The notes: generated from the letters alone by a model not told the origin. 63,805 nt of DNA, filler included, from Craspedostauros australis (GCA_030167865.1; 21 parts of 21 records of this genome joined end to end with filler, not necessarily neighbours in it), one strand, 5' to 3'. Shown: positions 21,267 to 34,100, counted from the first letter of the whole stretch. Program-made: numbers and translations.

Positions 21267-22988
21267 ATGTTCAATCGAGATGTGGCAAGTCTAATGATTG
21301 ACACCACAGAAGGGAGAATGAGGCTGGATGAGTTCATCGCAGCAAGCCAACGAGTCGAAAGAGGAGATTGGAACGAGACGTCCGAGCATGCATACACAGC
21401 TATGATGCTGGACCCTACTACCTTCGAGGAATGCTGGGATCATGCAGATCCAGCTAAGCGAAGGAAATGGCGGGAAGCCATCAATAAGGAATTCTACGAT
21501 ATGTTGAGACGAGGAGTCTGGCAGAAGATCAAGAAGAACGAGATGCCGAGGGATCGGCGATGTGTGAAGACGAAATGGGTCTTCAAGGAGAAGAGGAACG
21601 GAGTCTTCCGCGCCAGGTTGGTTGCCTGTGGATACTCGCAGATTGCTGGAGTAGATTTCTCCGCTCATCATGCGCCAGTGATCCATGACGCAACGTACCG
21701 AGTCATGCTGACTATGAAGATGCTGTTGAAGACAGACAGCATCATCATCGACTTCGAAACCGCCTTCCTGCACGGAGATCTCGAGGAGGAGATCTACATG
21801 CAGTGCCCCAAGGGAATGGAGCATGAACCGGACGAATGCCTGCTGCTAAAGAAGACCATCTACGGGTTGGTTCAGTGCGCAAGGCAGTGGAACAAGAAGC
21901 TTGTGGACATCCTGATCAAGCTTGGCTTCCGGCAGAGCAAGGTGGACCCATGCCTGATAAGTCGGAATCGGGAAGGGAACCTCGTCCTCATCGGAACGTA
22001 CGTCGATGATTGCCTGTGCATCGGAAGCACCCTCGAGCTGAAGCGACTGGTGCAAGACATCAAACGCGAACGATTCGGAATCAAGATCGAGGATGGACTC
22101 GAAGACTACTTGAGTTGCCGGATCGAATTCAACGAGAGCGAAACCAACTGCTGGGTGAACCAGCCACACATCATCAAGAACATCACGGATACATTCAAGA
22201 GCAACGTGATGAAGCTTCAACGATACGGAACCCCAGGCACACCAGGCCAAGGGATCCAGAGGAACAGCGAAGCACCCAAGGTCGACAAGGATCGACATAG
22301 CAGATACCGCAGTGGAGTGGGCATGCTGCTATACCTGGTGAAGCATTCGAGACCAGACATCGCGAATGCAGTCCAAGAACTCACGAAGGTGTTGGATGGA
22401 ACAACGACCACAGCATACAAGGAGATGCTGAGAGTGATGAAGTTCGTGTCGGACACGAGAGAATACGGATTGAGGATGGAGCCCAAGCCGTTGAACAACA
22501 ACGCATGGAAGATCGTGGTGTACACCAACAGCGAGTTCGCTGGAGACAAGGACAACCGCATCAGCGTTGGAGGACATCTGGTCCTACTGCAAGGCGTGCC
22601 CATCATCTGGAGATCGAAGGTGCAACGCAGCGTGACATTGAGCTCGACTGAGGCCGAGTACGTCGCACTGTCAGAAGCTGGAAAGGAGATCCGCTTTTTG
22701 ACTCAACTGATGGAGGACATCGGGTTGAAGATGGAGAAACCTGCAGATGTGATGGTCGACAACGTGGGGGCGATCTTCATCGCCACCAATCCATCGACAT
22801 CAGCGAGAACGAGACACATCGATATACGCAACCACTTCATCAGAGAGCTGATTGCTAACAAGGAGGCGAGAGCTCGATTCGTGAAGTCAGAGGATAACAT
22901 CTCCAACGGTTTCACGAAGAACACAAAGAAGGAGATCTACGATCGGCACAAGGGGAGCATCATTCAGCCCAGATCAGCATTGGACTGA
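21267..22988 (+). mobile_element. Ty1/copia pol (RT-RNase H), 5'-truncated, with RNase H catalytic Asp residues mutated
   Basis: KWVFK..RARLVACGYSQ, KTIYGL, TYVDD, YTNSEFA (D>N), RHIDIRNHF. Confidence 0.95.
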
Positions 22989-23026
22989 ATACGGTGGATG
23001 ATATGGTTGGAGCGGCAATGGAAGGG

Positions 23027-23855
23027 TGTCAGGAATCGGGTGTTCTGAAACACCATATTGCCGCACCTCCCAAGAGTAAGGAGCCGAACGTCGGGATATT
23101 CTACATTATCGCAACTCCCACGTTTGATCATTGTGACAGAAAAATGTGAGCTGCACATGTTCTGATGACGGAGAACGACACGTGCCGAATGCGAACCGTA
23201 CCTTGGCGTTCGTGACCTCAATGCAGGAATGCCAATCACACGTGAATGTCGCAGGGGGCAGGGATGTTGGAATCGTGACCAACATCACGATACGAGCGAC
23301 TACGGCCCCCATGTCGCAACCAATGAGAAAAGAGTACTGGAGGAAGGCCGATGTCACGAAGTGTGAGATGGTCTGTGAACGAACCTGGTATGAGGAACTT
23401 CCAGGAAGCCGGTGAAGTAATCGGCGAAGTAAGCGGAGAAACGACAGGAGAAACATCGGAGAAGCATCGGAGATGATCGGAGATGTGAGATGGTCGAGGA
23501 GCTGAATGAGCTCCCAACCAAGATGTTCCCGTGACGAATGGGAGACCGTGATCTGGTTGAATGGACCGACCTGTGTGATGCCTACGACTCGGCGATGTCT
23601 AAGGCATCGAAACTATCAGCGGAGGACAACGTGCTTGTGTGCACGGACATGGGGTACTCGGTGGTGCTTGCATGTCCATGGTGAATTTGCGATGAATGCA
23701 AGATGGATATGTGCTAGAGCAACAGAGGGACCTATGGAGATCTCAGGAGGAGATCGAACTTTGCAATTGAGAGCAATGAAGAGCTCACAGTTCAGAGAAG
23801 TAGATTCTAACAAACGATTAGCTTTCTACTATCACACCACCCCGGATTTCCAACA
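23027..23855 (+). repeat. 3' LTR (family P) of the upstream copia element
   Basis: Purine tract GGAAGGG, then TGTCAGGAATCGGG...GGATTTCCAACA; homologous to inverted copies at 27709-28505 and 28895-29731. Confidence 0.85.
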
Positions 23856-24568
23856 ATTGGTGTCATGCTTGATGCCCTTTTCTGAAGTGTTCTAGTCCGC
23901 AGGAGGCACGTGTCCTATTCTCCAGATGGGGTGATCACGGACCTGCTGGTCATCGATCTTTCCCCTAAGACGTCGTTGTTTGGATCGTCGCGATGCCATG
24001 TTTGATGTTGGGACATCCTGTTGGCGATGTCGCGGCTTTTTCTTGATTCAGATAGGACAGGCTGTTTTCCTCTGTAAGACTGAGATCAGTCACGTGGGTC
24101 TTGACTCACGGGTGTGATAGATAAGACTCAAACGTGTATTGAATAATATTCAAAGGTGTGATGAATAATGTTGGGGGAGGTGCGGCAATCATAGATATCT
24201 CGACAAAGTCGTACCCTCGATTCCTAACGGAACAACATCTTGTCATCATCTCATAATCTGAGAGTTCAATCAACTCGACAACACCCAATCTAAATCGACA
24301 ACTAACGATTACAATTACCTCCAAACCAGAGCCCACGATCTCACCACTGCACACGTCTTGCTAACAGTGCTGACATCTGGAACCAATATCACAAATACAT
24401 CATTCGAAATACCTTTATGTCTACCGCACAATAACTGTCTCAAAGTGTACTATACGATCTATGGAGGCACTGTAACATGGACGATGCTAAACTCTCGCCC
24501 TGGGACGTGTATGCCACACTAGAGCACGGACCCACCCCCTATCGACCTTTGCTCGTCGCTCGTACTGC

Positions 24569-25861
24569 CTACTCTTCGATCTTCATCATTTGACGGATCT
24601 TGCGCTTCAGAGATCCATCTCCCACGCCGTCACAAGCGGAGAAGTATTGGTTCACGCTGCGGTCGGGGTCAAGGAAGAGCGGGGCGTTGTTGTACTCATT
24701 GTACAGCGACTCATTGGCCTCCATGCGCCGAATCAGATCGAGCGCTTCATCTGGTCTGGTGACGTCGTAGTAGACGAACGACTTTGGATTGAAGATGTCG
24801 TGAACGATGCGGGAACCTGTGTAGATCGGCAGGCATCCGCCGAGGAAGCCGTTCATCAACTTCTCGGTGATGTATCCCGCCTGGCCAACCACATTTTCCA
24901 TGACCAAGCAGTATTTGTATTGACCCATCGTCTGGAAGTTGTTGCTGAAGCTCTGCCTGCCTCCCAGCGCGGTGTCGGGAAATAGACTGTTGTTGCGCAT
25001 CGGCACGTTGGGCTTGCACTGGCCGTGATAGACATCGAGGAATTCCGACAACCGTCGTGCGGCCTCGTCGCGAAAGTCGACGCAGTGGCCGTTCTTGTAC
25101 AGCACGCCATTGATTTGACGCGTGGAGTTTCGGCGCACGCCAATCTCCGGGTGCAAGATCGGATCCACGTCGGGCGAGGGCCTGGCCTGCGCCATTCCCG
25201 TCATGAAATGCATCTGGTACGAGTTGTCTCGCTGCAGATGCGAGACGGGACCGATTTGATAGAAGCGGTCGCCGATGTCCTGCGGCGAGAACCTTGCCCA
25301 AATATCGCCGTACGACTCGGCGTTGTAGAACAGGATCTTGCCGGGACGCTGGCTGTCAGGCTTCCGCTTGGCTCCCTCACCCCACAGCATGTTGCCGCTT
25401 CCCGGCAGTTGGGCGTGCATACCGAACACCACAACGTCGTTGGGAGTCAGCGGCGTCTCCTCCTTCCAATCGCCGCTGAAATTAAAGTCGGGGAACAGGC
25501 ACTTCGTGATGGCCTTGCTCCAGGCCCCGGTCACGTAGACCCGACCCGGTTCCATCAGCATCCTGGGTGTGTGCTCGGATGATTCGACCACTTCGGCTTG
25601 GTGCCTCGCGGTACCTTCTGCATGATCGGCCGTCGAGTTCATGGCGCACTCTGGACCAACGTACTCCTGCATGGTCGTGGTGGAGAAGATCATCCCGGTG
25701 CGCGTGTTCCCAAGCACCAAGTTGATGATGACGATAACGATGAGCACGGCAAAGGATGATGGCTGCAACCATGAGTTGCTCTTCGTCTTTCGAGACGCTC
25801 GCCGTGTCCTTCCTTCATCCGCGTCTGTTGGGTTTGGTTCACCCATCATGCCATGTCGCAA
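24569..25861 (-). CDS. glycosyltransferase family 10 (alpha-1,3/4-fucosyltransferase-like), type II membrane protein
   Basis: N-terminal TM (FAVLIVIVIINLVL); GT10 motif YKYCLVMEN..GYITEKLMNGFLGGCLPIYTG. Confidence 0.9.
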   Translation of the reverse strand: MRHGMMGEPNPTDADEGRTRRASRKTKSNSWLQPSSFAVLIVIVIINLVLGNTRTGMIFSTTTMQEYVGPECAMNSTADHAEGTARHQAEVVESSEHTPRMLMEPGRVYVTGAWSKAITKCLFPDFNFSGDWKEETPLTPNDVVVFGMHAQLPGSGNMLWGEGAKRKPDSQRPGKILFYNAESYGDIWARFSPQDIGDRFYQIGPVSHLQRDNSYQMHFMTGMAQARPSPDVDPILHPEIGVRRNSTRQINGVLYKNGHCVDFRDEAARRLSEFLDVYHGQCKPNVPMRNNSLFPDTALGGRQSFSNNFQTMGQYKYCLVMENVVGQAGYITEKLMNGFLGGCLPIYTGSRIVHDIFNPKSFVYYDVTRPDEALDLIRRMEANESLYNEYNNAPLFLDPDRSVNQYFSACDGVGDGSLKRKIRQMMKIEE

Positions 25862-26109
25862 ACCAGCAGGATCTCTGTATGGAGCCGAGTCGGCGAATGT
25901 GAGTATGGAAGTGTGTGTGGGAACAAGAGGAAGAGGAAGGGCAGGAGGAGGAGTATTGGAACGTAGGTATGTATAGTGAGTGGTACGTAACTTGATGTAA
26001 TTGATCGGTNNNNNNNNNNNNNNNNNNNNNNNNNNNNNNNNNNNNNNNNNNNNTTAATTAATTAANNNNNNNNNNNNNNNNNNNNNNNNNNNNNNNNNNN
26101 NNNNNNNNN

Positions 26110-27642
26110 TTCACCCGTTATTCTCTCATACGCACTTGGACGGTATAACTACATCTGTGTTGATAGTATGCTGTGATTCGTCAGAATTACAGCAGAAATG
26201 GAACACACGAAAATGAGCAGAATTTCTGGAGGAAATTTGCAANNNANGATTTCTGAGAGAATTAGAANCATCGTCCGTCCATCCATCAATGGAGACGTAT
26301 GGTACCAAGAGAATCTCNAGGTACTTCCCAACTAAACCTCAGATGACGATATCATCTGACAGACTGCTGCATCACCAATGGAACGTGACATCTGGAGAGC
26401 AGAAGGACGCCTACTGACGTCGACATCTGTCTGCGAGTCAGAGCAGGAGGCGAAGATCCGATGACCGAAGGGCATCAGGATCATGGATACGGGAGATGAC
26501 CTTCAAATGGTAAGTACTCATGGAGTAGGAACCAGTACTGAATGAACGGAGTGTCAAATGCGGAGTACGCATCAAACACGGAGTATCGTGTAGCACGAAG
26601 TACACGATGCTGAGACAGAGAGAGAAAGAGAATACGAAGAGCAGTGAGAGAGCTGTCAGGAATCGGGTGTTATGAAACGCATGATTGCCGCACCTCCCAA
26701 GAGTGAGAAGACAAGTGCCATGAAACATTGTATTACCGCACCTCCCACTGTGACATTGTGAACACCAAAATGTGAGGTACATGACAGGGCGAATGGTACC
26801 CTGAGAAGGATGGTGAATGACAAGTGTGGATCGGATGATGATGACTGTGAAGGGTAATGCAATCATCCAATACACAGTTGCATGTCACACAGGGCTGGAA
26901 TGATGCACTCGTGACCACCATCAGGTACAAGCGAATACAGCCCTCATGTAATGACGAACAAGGAACAGAGGAGTCGGAATATCCCATTACCACGAAGTAC
27001 AAAAAGGACCGTGAGAGAACTCTCCGGTGATAATGGATGAGGCTGGTGACGAACCAGCGAAATGCATGTGATAAGGGATGGCTGCCTCAACACGAGACAT
27101 CGTGTGAGAAATTGTGAGAACAACGGTTCAACCGTGAGAACGGTTGTGTCTCTTGTGTTTTGTGAAAAACACGAAGATGACGATCCGACCGAGTGAATCG
27201 AATCGGTGATGCCTGTGAATCAACCATGTCTACGATGATGAATCTATCAGAGGAAAGACAGGGTAAATTCACAAGATGGGCAACCTTGCAAGATGAATGC
27301 ATGGGAGATGAGCAGATGCAACCATGAGGATTGCAGCAGGAGATCGATCATCAAGATGAAAGAGCAATGAAGAGCTCACAGTTCGAAAGAGTAGATTCTA
27401 ATAACGATTAGTCTCCTACTACTAACACCACCCCGGATTTCCAACAGAGAGCATCTCGCGTACCGACTCATAGTCGGGTGATCGAATCTACGAAACAGAT
27501 TGAAGCGCCAAGAGCATTGGGCAAGAGAACAAACGGACACCGAGAGGATCGGAGTGCCAACGTAATGAAATAGCAAACGAACCACTATCAACCAATACCA
27601 TCTTCCATGATCGTAGGCTTCCAATCACGGAATATGCCAACA
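26110..27642 (+). repeat. LTR family R interrupted by a solo LTR at 26654-27446
   Basis: Collinear with 46964-47461 and 56720-57500 once 26654-27452 is removed; ends GCCAACA. Confidence 0.85.
26654..27446 (+). mobile_element. solo LTR (TGTCAGGAATC...TTTCCAACA) flanked by a GAGAGC duplication
   Basis: TG..CA termini; GAGAGC at 26648-26653 and 27447-27452. Confidence 0.88.
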
Positions 27643-27708
27643 TCCATGTACCATCACTGAAATGAGGGTGAACCTATGACCCAACCACTAGGGATGCATT
27701 TGCACATG

Positions 27709-28505
27709 TGTTGGAAATCCGGGGTGGTGTGATAGTAGAAAGCTAATTGTTTGTTAGAATCTACTTCTCTGAACTGTGAGCTCTTCATTGCTCTCAACTT
27801 CAAAGTTCAATCTCCTCCTGAGATCTCCATGGGTCCCTCTGTTGGTCTAGCAGGCATCCATCTTGCATTCATTGCAAATTCATCATGGACATGCATGCAC
27901 CACCGAGCACCCCATATCCGTGCACATATGCACGTTGTCCTCCCTTGATAGTTTCGATGCCTTAGACATCGCCGAGTCTCAATCATCGTACAGATCGGTT
28001 CATTCGATCAGATCCCGATCTCCTTTTCGTCACGGGAGCAACCTGGAGGGGAGCTCATTCAGCTCCTCATCATTGCACATCTCCGATCATTTCTCCGATC
28101 ACTTCACCGATCACTTCACCGGCTTCCTGGAGGTTCGTCATCCCAAGTTCGTTCACAGGCCGTCTCACACTTCATGACATTGGCCTTCCTCCAGTACTCT
28201 TTTTCCATTGGTTGCAACATGGGGGCCGTAGTCGCGTGTATCGTGATGTTGGTCACGATTCCAACATCCCTGCCCCCTGCGACATTCACGTGTGATTGGC
28301 ATTCCTGCATTGAGGTCACAAACGCCAAAGTACGGTTCGCATTCGGCACGTGTCGTTCTCCATCACCAGAACACGTGCAGCTCACATTTTTCTGTCACAA
28401 AGATCCAAAGGTGGGAGTTGCGGTAATGTAGCATATCATGACACTCGGCTCCTTACTACTGGGAGGTGCGGCAATTCGGTGTTTCAGAACACCCGATTCC
28501 TGACA
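27709..28505 (-). mobile_element. solo LTR, family P
   Basis: Inverted homolog of 23027-23855, inserted in sequence homologous to the LTR at 46412-46863. Confidence 0.85.
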
Positions 28506-28894
28506 TACAAGAGCCAAGACCATATGTGATACTGCCTATAAGTCCCAAGCAAGTCGACGCGCATCGACGGACAAGGAGTCATCCCAATTGGAGAAACGGC
28601 GAGAAGGAGAAACGGAGGTGATCCCTTATTCACCCAAGAGCATGAATGAAGACGCGACATCAGACGAACATGATCGCTGAGACCGTTGTGGTGGCATAGG
28701 AAGAATACTGAGGAATCAAAGACGATGTGGGATCGATTGGTCTGAGACCCATGCTGAGGTACCCGTGTGGCTACAAGAAATCCTGCTTGAATGTAGACGA
28801 GGCATGGCACTACAGGAATGCAGGATGAATCTGCAGGGGAGAGCATGAGAGCAAGATGATGATGCAGATGAAAGCAATGATGGACAAGTGTATG

Positions 28895-29731
28895 TGTTGG
28901 AAATCTGGGGTGGTGATGATAGTAGAAAGCAAATCATTTGTTAGAATCTACTTCTCTGAACTGTGAGCTCTTCACTGCTGTCAACTTCAAAGTTCGATCT
29001 CCTCCTGAGATCTCCATGGGTTCATATACTGGTCCAGCATGCATTCATCTTTTATTCATTTTGAATTCGTCATAGACATGCATGCACCACCAAGTTCCCC
29101 ATGTCCATACACTCATTGCGTTGTCTTCCCTCCAATAGTTTTGTTGGCATAGACATCGCTGAATCACAGGCATCACCTGGCTCATCCAATTCGATCGGAT
29201 CAATCTTCCATGCTTTGCAAGAACTACTTGGATGATTGCTTTCGCAGCTTCTCATCATTGCACATCTCTAATCATCTCCAATACTTCACCAATGCTTCAT
29301 TGATCCTTTGCTGGCTTGTCATCAGTGATTTGTTCACAGGCCATCTCACACTTCGTGACATTGGCCAGTCTCAAGTACCCTTTTCTTGTTCGTTGCGACA
29401 TGAGGGCCGTAGTCGCGTGTGTCGTGATGTTGGTCACGAAGCCAACATCCCTGCCCCCTGCAACATACACAAGTGATTCCCTTTCCTACATTGAGGCCAC
29501 GAACATCACGGTCCGGTTCGCATTGGGCACATGGCGTTCTCCGCCACAAGACGTGTGAAGCTCACTTGTTCTGTCACAAAGATACAATGTGGGGGGTGCG
29601 GTAATATATCATTTCACAATGCTCAGCTCCACACTGTTGGGGCGTGCGGTAATATACCATTTAGAAATGATCAACTCCACACTATTGGGAGGTGCGGCAA
29701 TCTGGTGTTTCAGAACACCCGATTCCTGACC
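28895..29731 (-). mobile_element. diverged LTR, family P
   Basis: Inverted homolog of 23027-23855 with a short internal triplication near 29580-29700. Confidence 0.8.
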
Positions 29732-30135
29732 GGTATCGCGGGTGCGAGCATTTGGCGTTGGATTGGTTCCACCCCGTCTGGATCCTGACGAGTTTTTTCA
29801 CGCTGGAGGAAGATTCCATCCAATCAATCCAGTCAGCCTTGAAGGACCATTGTCATCGCCATGGATGTTGTTTGAACGAACATGCAGAGGTATCGTCGGT
29901 TGAATTGGACAATACTAACGCAAACTATTCCAACGTGATATTGCCACCGATCACCGCAGACACGTTCAACTTCGTGTACCAATGCCGATCGACGGGTAGT
30001 TCAGCAGCATCCAATGCGTTGCGGGAAGGAGCCGTGCCGAGACGGCACACCGTGACAGAGAATGGTCTGAAATACGAAGTCCGGTTGCTGCAAGGTCAGA
30101 ATCAAGGCATATTCCTCGACATGGCCAATGGCCGG
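29731..30135 (+). pseudogene. RlmI/RlmK-like SAM-dependent methyltransferase fragment, 5' end replaced by an LTR
   Basis: GCEHLALDWFHPVWILTSF..VYQCR..VTENGLKYEVRLLQGQNQGIFLDMANGR; runs into a gap. Confidence 0.65.
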
Positions 30136-30235
30136 NNNNNNNNNNNNNNNNNNNNNNNNNNNNNNNNNNNNNNNNNNNNTTAATTAATTAANNNNNNNNN
30201 NNNNNNNNNNNNNNNNNNNNNNNNNNNNNNNNNNN

Positions 30236-31726
30236 AGCAACAACCCAAGCAGTGTCGGTGATACCAACGCACCAAGTACTTCGCCAAGCACCTCGCCCAG
30301 CAACAACCCAAGCAGTGTCGGTGATACCAACGCACCAAGTACTTCGCCANNNNNNNNNNNNNNNNNNNNNNNNNNNNNNNNNNNNNNNNNNNNNNNNNNN
30401 NNNNNNNNNNNNNNNNNNNCGCCAAGCAACAACCCAAGCAGTGTCGGTGATACCAACGCACCAAGTACTTCGCCATCATCCGCACCCAGCAACAGCCCAA
30501 GCAGTGTCGCTGATTCCAGAGCACCAAGTACTTCGCCATCATCCTCGCCAAGCAACAACCCAAGTAGTGAGGGTGGTACGAGTGCATCACCGTCAGCAAC
30601 ACCATCAACACAACCAAGTTGGACCAGTGACGTCCCAAGTGCCCAACCATCGAGCAGTGAATCACCATCGTCATCACCATCAACACAGCCAAGCACCTCA
30701 ATTGACGTCCCAAGTTCTCAACCATCGAGCAGTCAATCACTCTCTTCAGCACCATCAACACAGCCAAGTACCTCGAGTGACGTCCCAAGCTCTCAACCAT
30801 CGAGCAGTGAATCACCCTCTTCAGCACCATCAACACAGCCCAGCACCTCCAGTGGCGTGCCAAGTGCTCAACCATCGAGCAGTGAATCACCATCATCGGC
30901 ACCATCAACACAGCCAAGCACCTCAAGTGACTTGCCAAGTGCTCAACCATCGAGCAGTGAATCACCCTCTTTAGCACCATCAACACAGCCAAGCACCTCA
31001 AGCGACTTCCCAAGTGCTCAACCATCGAGCAGTGAATCACCCTCTTCAGCACCATCAACACAGCCAAGCACCTCCAGTGGCGTGCCAAGTGCTCAACCAT
31101 CGAGCAGTGAATCACCCTCTTCAGCACCATCAACACAGCCAAGCACCTCAAGCGACTTGCCAAGTGCTCAACCATCGAGCAGTGAATCACCCTCGTCAGC
31201 GCCATCAACACAGCCGAGCACATCAAGTAAAGTGCCGAGTAGCGCACCTTCAACCAGTCAGATGCCATCAACGATGCCTACATTGACGCCGAGCGCATCC
31301 AGTGATGTCCCAAGTGGAAATCCGTCACTGACACCATCATCCATCCCGAGCACATCGAGTGATGTTCCAAGTGCACGGCCATCCGGAAGTGAGTCTCCAT
31401 CCTCTGCACCGTCAGCACAGCCCAGTGCATCCAGTGAGATTCCAAGTGCCCAACCATCGAGCAGTGAAACACCATCATCGGCACCATCAACACAGCCGAG
31501 TGCGTCAAGTAATGTTCCGAGCAGTACCTCTTCGAACAGTCGAGCTCCGAGCGGAAATCCGTCTGGCAGTGAGTCGCCATCTGCGGCGCCGTCATCGACA
31601 CCCAGTGCGTCAAGTGATGTGCCGAGCAGCTTGCCATCAGATGGTGAGTCTCCATCATCAGCACCATCCTCAGCACCATCATCAACACCGAGTGCATCCA
31701 GTGATGTCCCGAGTAGGTCGCCTTCG
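30236..31726 (+). CDS. Pro/Ser/Thr-rich (mucin-like) tandem-repeat protein, internal fragment
   Basis: One open frame with 20-aa (60-nt) repeats PSAQPSSSESPSSAPSTQPSTSSD and PSSVGDTNAPSTSPSxxPSNN; both ends in gaps. Confidence 0.8.
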
Positions 31727-31826
31727 NNNNNNNNNNNNNNNNNNNNNNNNNNNNNNNNNNNNNNNNNNNNTTAATTAATTAANNNNNNNNNNNNNNNNNN
31801 NNNNNNNNNNNNNNNNNNNNNNNNNN

Positions 31827-33439
31827 TCGTCCTTGACCAGCATCCGAATGAACTGTTGGACGAAGAAGACGTTCCCATCGGTCTTCTTGAAGACTATTTC
31901 TGCCAGTCCGTAGCTGCTGTCGCTTCTGTTGCTGTCGCGCTCAGCATCATTGCCATCGCCATCGTCATCGTCGTTGTAGATTCCCAACAGCTGCTTGAGC
32001 ATGGTGTGCACGTTGTCTAGTGACAGATTGTTGACCTCCAGATCGACGTACCGGATGAAGCGCTCCTGTCGCATCTTCTGGATAGACGCCAGTATCTGGC
32101 CAACTGCGTTAGCTGCGCTGGACGTGGCCACAGAGTCCAAATCGGAGCCTTGGACGTTCCCATTGCTGATAGTACCATTTCTGACTCCTTCCATGTCGAC
32201 GAGGTTGGATCGGAAGCAGATGATAACCATGAGAGAGGAGATGGTGATATCCAACACCCATGACTCGATCATGTTGAGCGACTCCTTGTCTGCCCATTGG
32301 ACATCGTCGGAAACCCACACAAGGGGGCAGTAGGCNCAGATGACCTTGATGAAGCGGCGGAAGGCAAACTTGAGTTGGATGGACTGTTCCTTGAAACCTT
32401 GTGCCACTTGCGCGCGTTGATGGGCAGACACGACTGTGCTTTCGTCGCCATCGTTGGCGTGATGGTCTGCGTGGCACAGCGCATCGTTGCCGATGACATT
32501 GGCGAGGTTGGGGACGAGCTTGTGAAGTGCTTGCAGCTCGTCGACGTTGAGACCCTTGATGATGTGCTGTTTGATCTCGTCGAAACTGCGGGTGTCCTGT
32601 CCTTCACGTACGCTGCCGTTGGCTTTGGTCCTTGGGAGGCTGCAGATCTGGGAACACAGATCGATCATGGCAGCTCGGAAACCCGAGTATGGCTCATTCA
32701 TCTGCTTGAGATCGAATTTCCCGGACACGAAGAAGACATGGTTGCTTCTGCATTTGGGACGCAGGGTGGCAACCAACGCCGACTTGCCGGTGCCGGAGTA
32801 GCCGGAGATGGATACGAGGGATCGGACGGTGCTCCCTCCTGTGTCTGCATGCTGGTCGATGGACTTGCCATTGTCGAAATCGTTGTCAGTATCGTGGAAA
32901 CCTGAGATACCGGTTTCCTGGACACGGCCGGCAGCCCTTTTGTCCAAAGAAGATGCGGATTCTTCGGATGTTGGCTTCTTGAGGATCTGTTGGAAGAGCC
33001 GGCTGAGGACGCGTTTCTCCTTGTCCCTCCCAATGAGTCCGATACGTGAGAAGTCTAGAGATGCCTGCGAGATCTCTGCCAGCTTTCTGGCCGTGCGCAT
33101 GCGTTTGGTCTCCGTGGCCATTGTTGGTCGCTTCTCAAACATGTTGCTTGGCGGTGGGGGCCGGTTCGAGGAGGATAGTCTGGGGGTGGAGAAATGGGAG
33201 GACCCTCTTCCCAGCTGTTGGCTGCTTGTCCCGCTTCTGATACTGAAGTCGGCGGACAGTGTGCTTGATGCCTCAACAAAGCTTGAGGAGCCATTGTACT
33301 TGACTTGCCCCTTGCGATTGATGGCGGCAGAGCGTCCAGAAGAAGCGTCATCGTCGGCGGTACAGGATGCCGCCGTCCGATCGTCGAGCTTGTCATCATT
33401 GCTGTGTGCCATCGCATTTGTCGTGGCCATTGGTTTCAA
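31827..33439 (-). CDS. STAND-class AAA ATPase (AAA_16) protein, 3'-partial
   Basis: LIGRDKE, Walker A ISGYSGTGKSALV, SGKFD..EPYS, Walker B DDVQWAD, KTDGNVFFV. Confidence 0.9.
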
Positions 33440-34100
33440 ATGAGCTTTCGGGCAACGGGAGGATCGATCTTCTATTATTGTTGGCGATGATGATGTCTGA
33501 TGGCGATGCCTCCCCTGTTGAAGCCTCTTCCTTCAGCGGTTGAGGTTGGACGATTGCAAAATCATGAACGCCTTTCCTTGTTGTGGTTGCTGCCACATCA
33601 ACTGCGATCATCACATCGCTGAAAACCTGTGCGCAAGTGAGAGCTTTTCGTGAGAGTTCAGGTGTCATCATCCTTGTTTGCACAGCACAATCCGCGCCCG
33701 ACAGATTGTCGTTGCCGCGTCTGCTCGTCTGTATCGTTGGCCACGAACTTCTCGTCGTGTGTTTGGACGACCGCTGCGACTAAAGTTACTTATGCCTACG
33801 ACATACTCTCTCTGTGCAACACTGCTCAGCGACTCCCTCCAGCAAAGCGACCATTGAAACGTGCATTCTTTTCTCACCTCATTCCAGGGACTGAGCCGAA
33901 CTAATTCTCCCGAACAAAGTTTTTGCGAAGAACGATCGACATCTTGGCGCTTCTCGATGAGATCGCGCATCACCGCTTCCAGAAAAAATACAGAGGCTGG
34001 NNNNNNNNNNNNNNNNNNNNNNNNNNNNNNNNNNNNNNNNNNNNTTAATTAATTAANNNNNNNNNNNNNNNNNNNNNNNNNNNNNNNNNNNNNNNNNNNN

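Noticed and set aside
23856..23870. ATTGGTGTCATGC after the LTR as a tRNA-Met PBS
   Set aside because: This LTR follows RNase H and the PPT, so it is a 3' LTR; the match is weak and no gag follows
28889..29737. 6-bp TSD (TGTATG/GGTATC) around the third P-family LTR
   Set aside because: The two flanks are unrelated sequences (LTR versus methyltransferase), so the partial match is probably chance
13616..30135. A ribosome-related cluster (RPL10A, 18S, rRNA methyltransferase)
   Set aside because: The three lie on different contigs joined by linkers; proximity is not evidence of linkage
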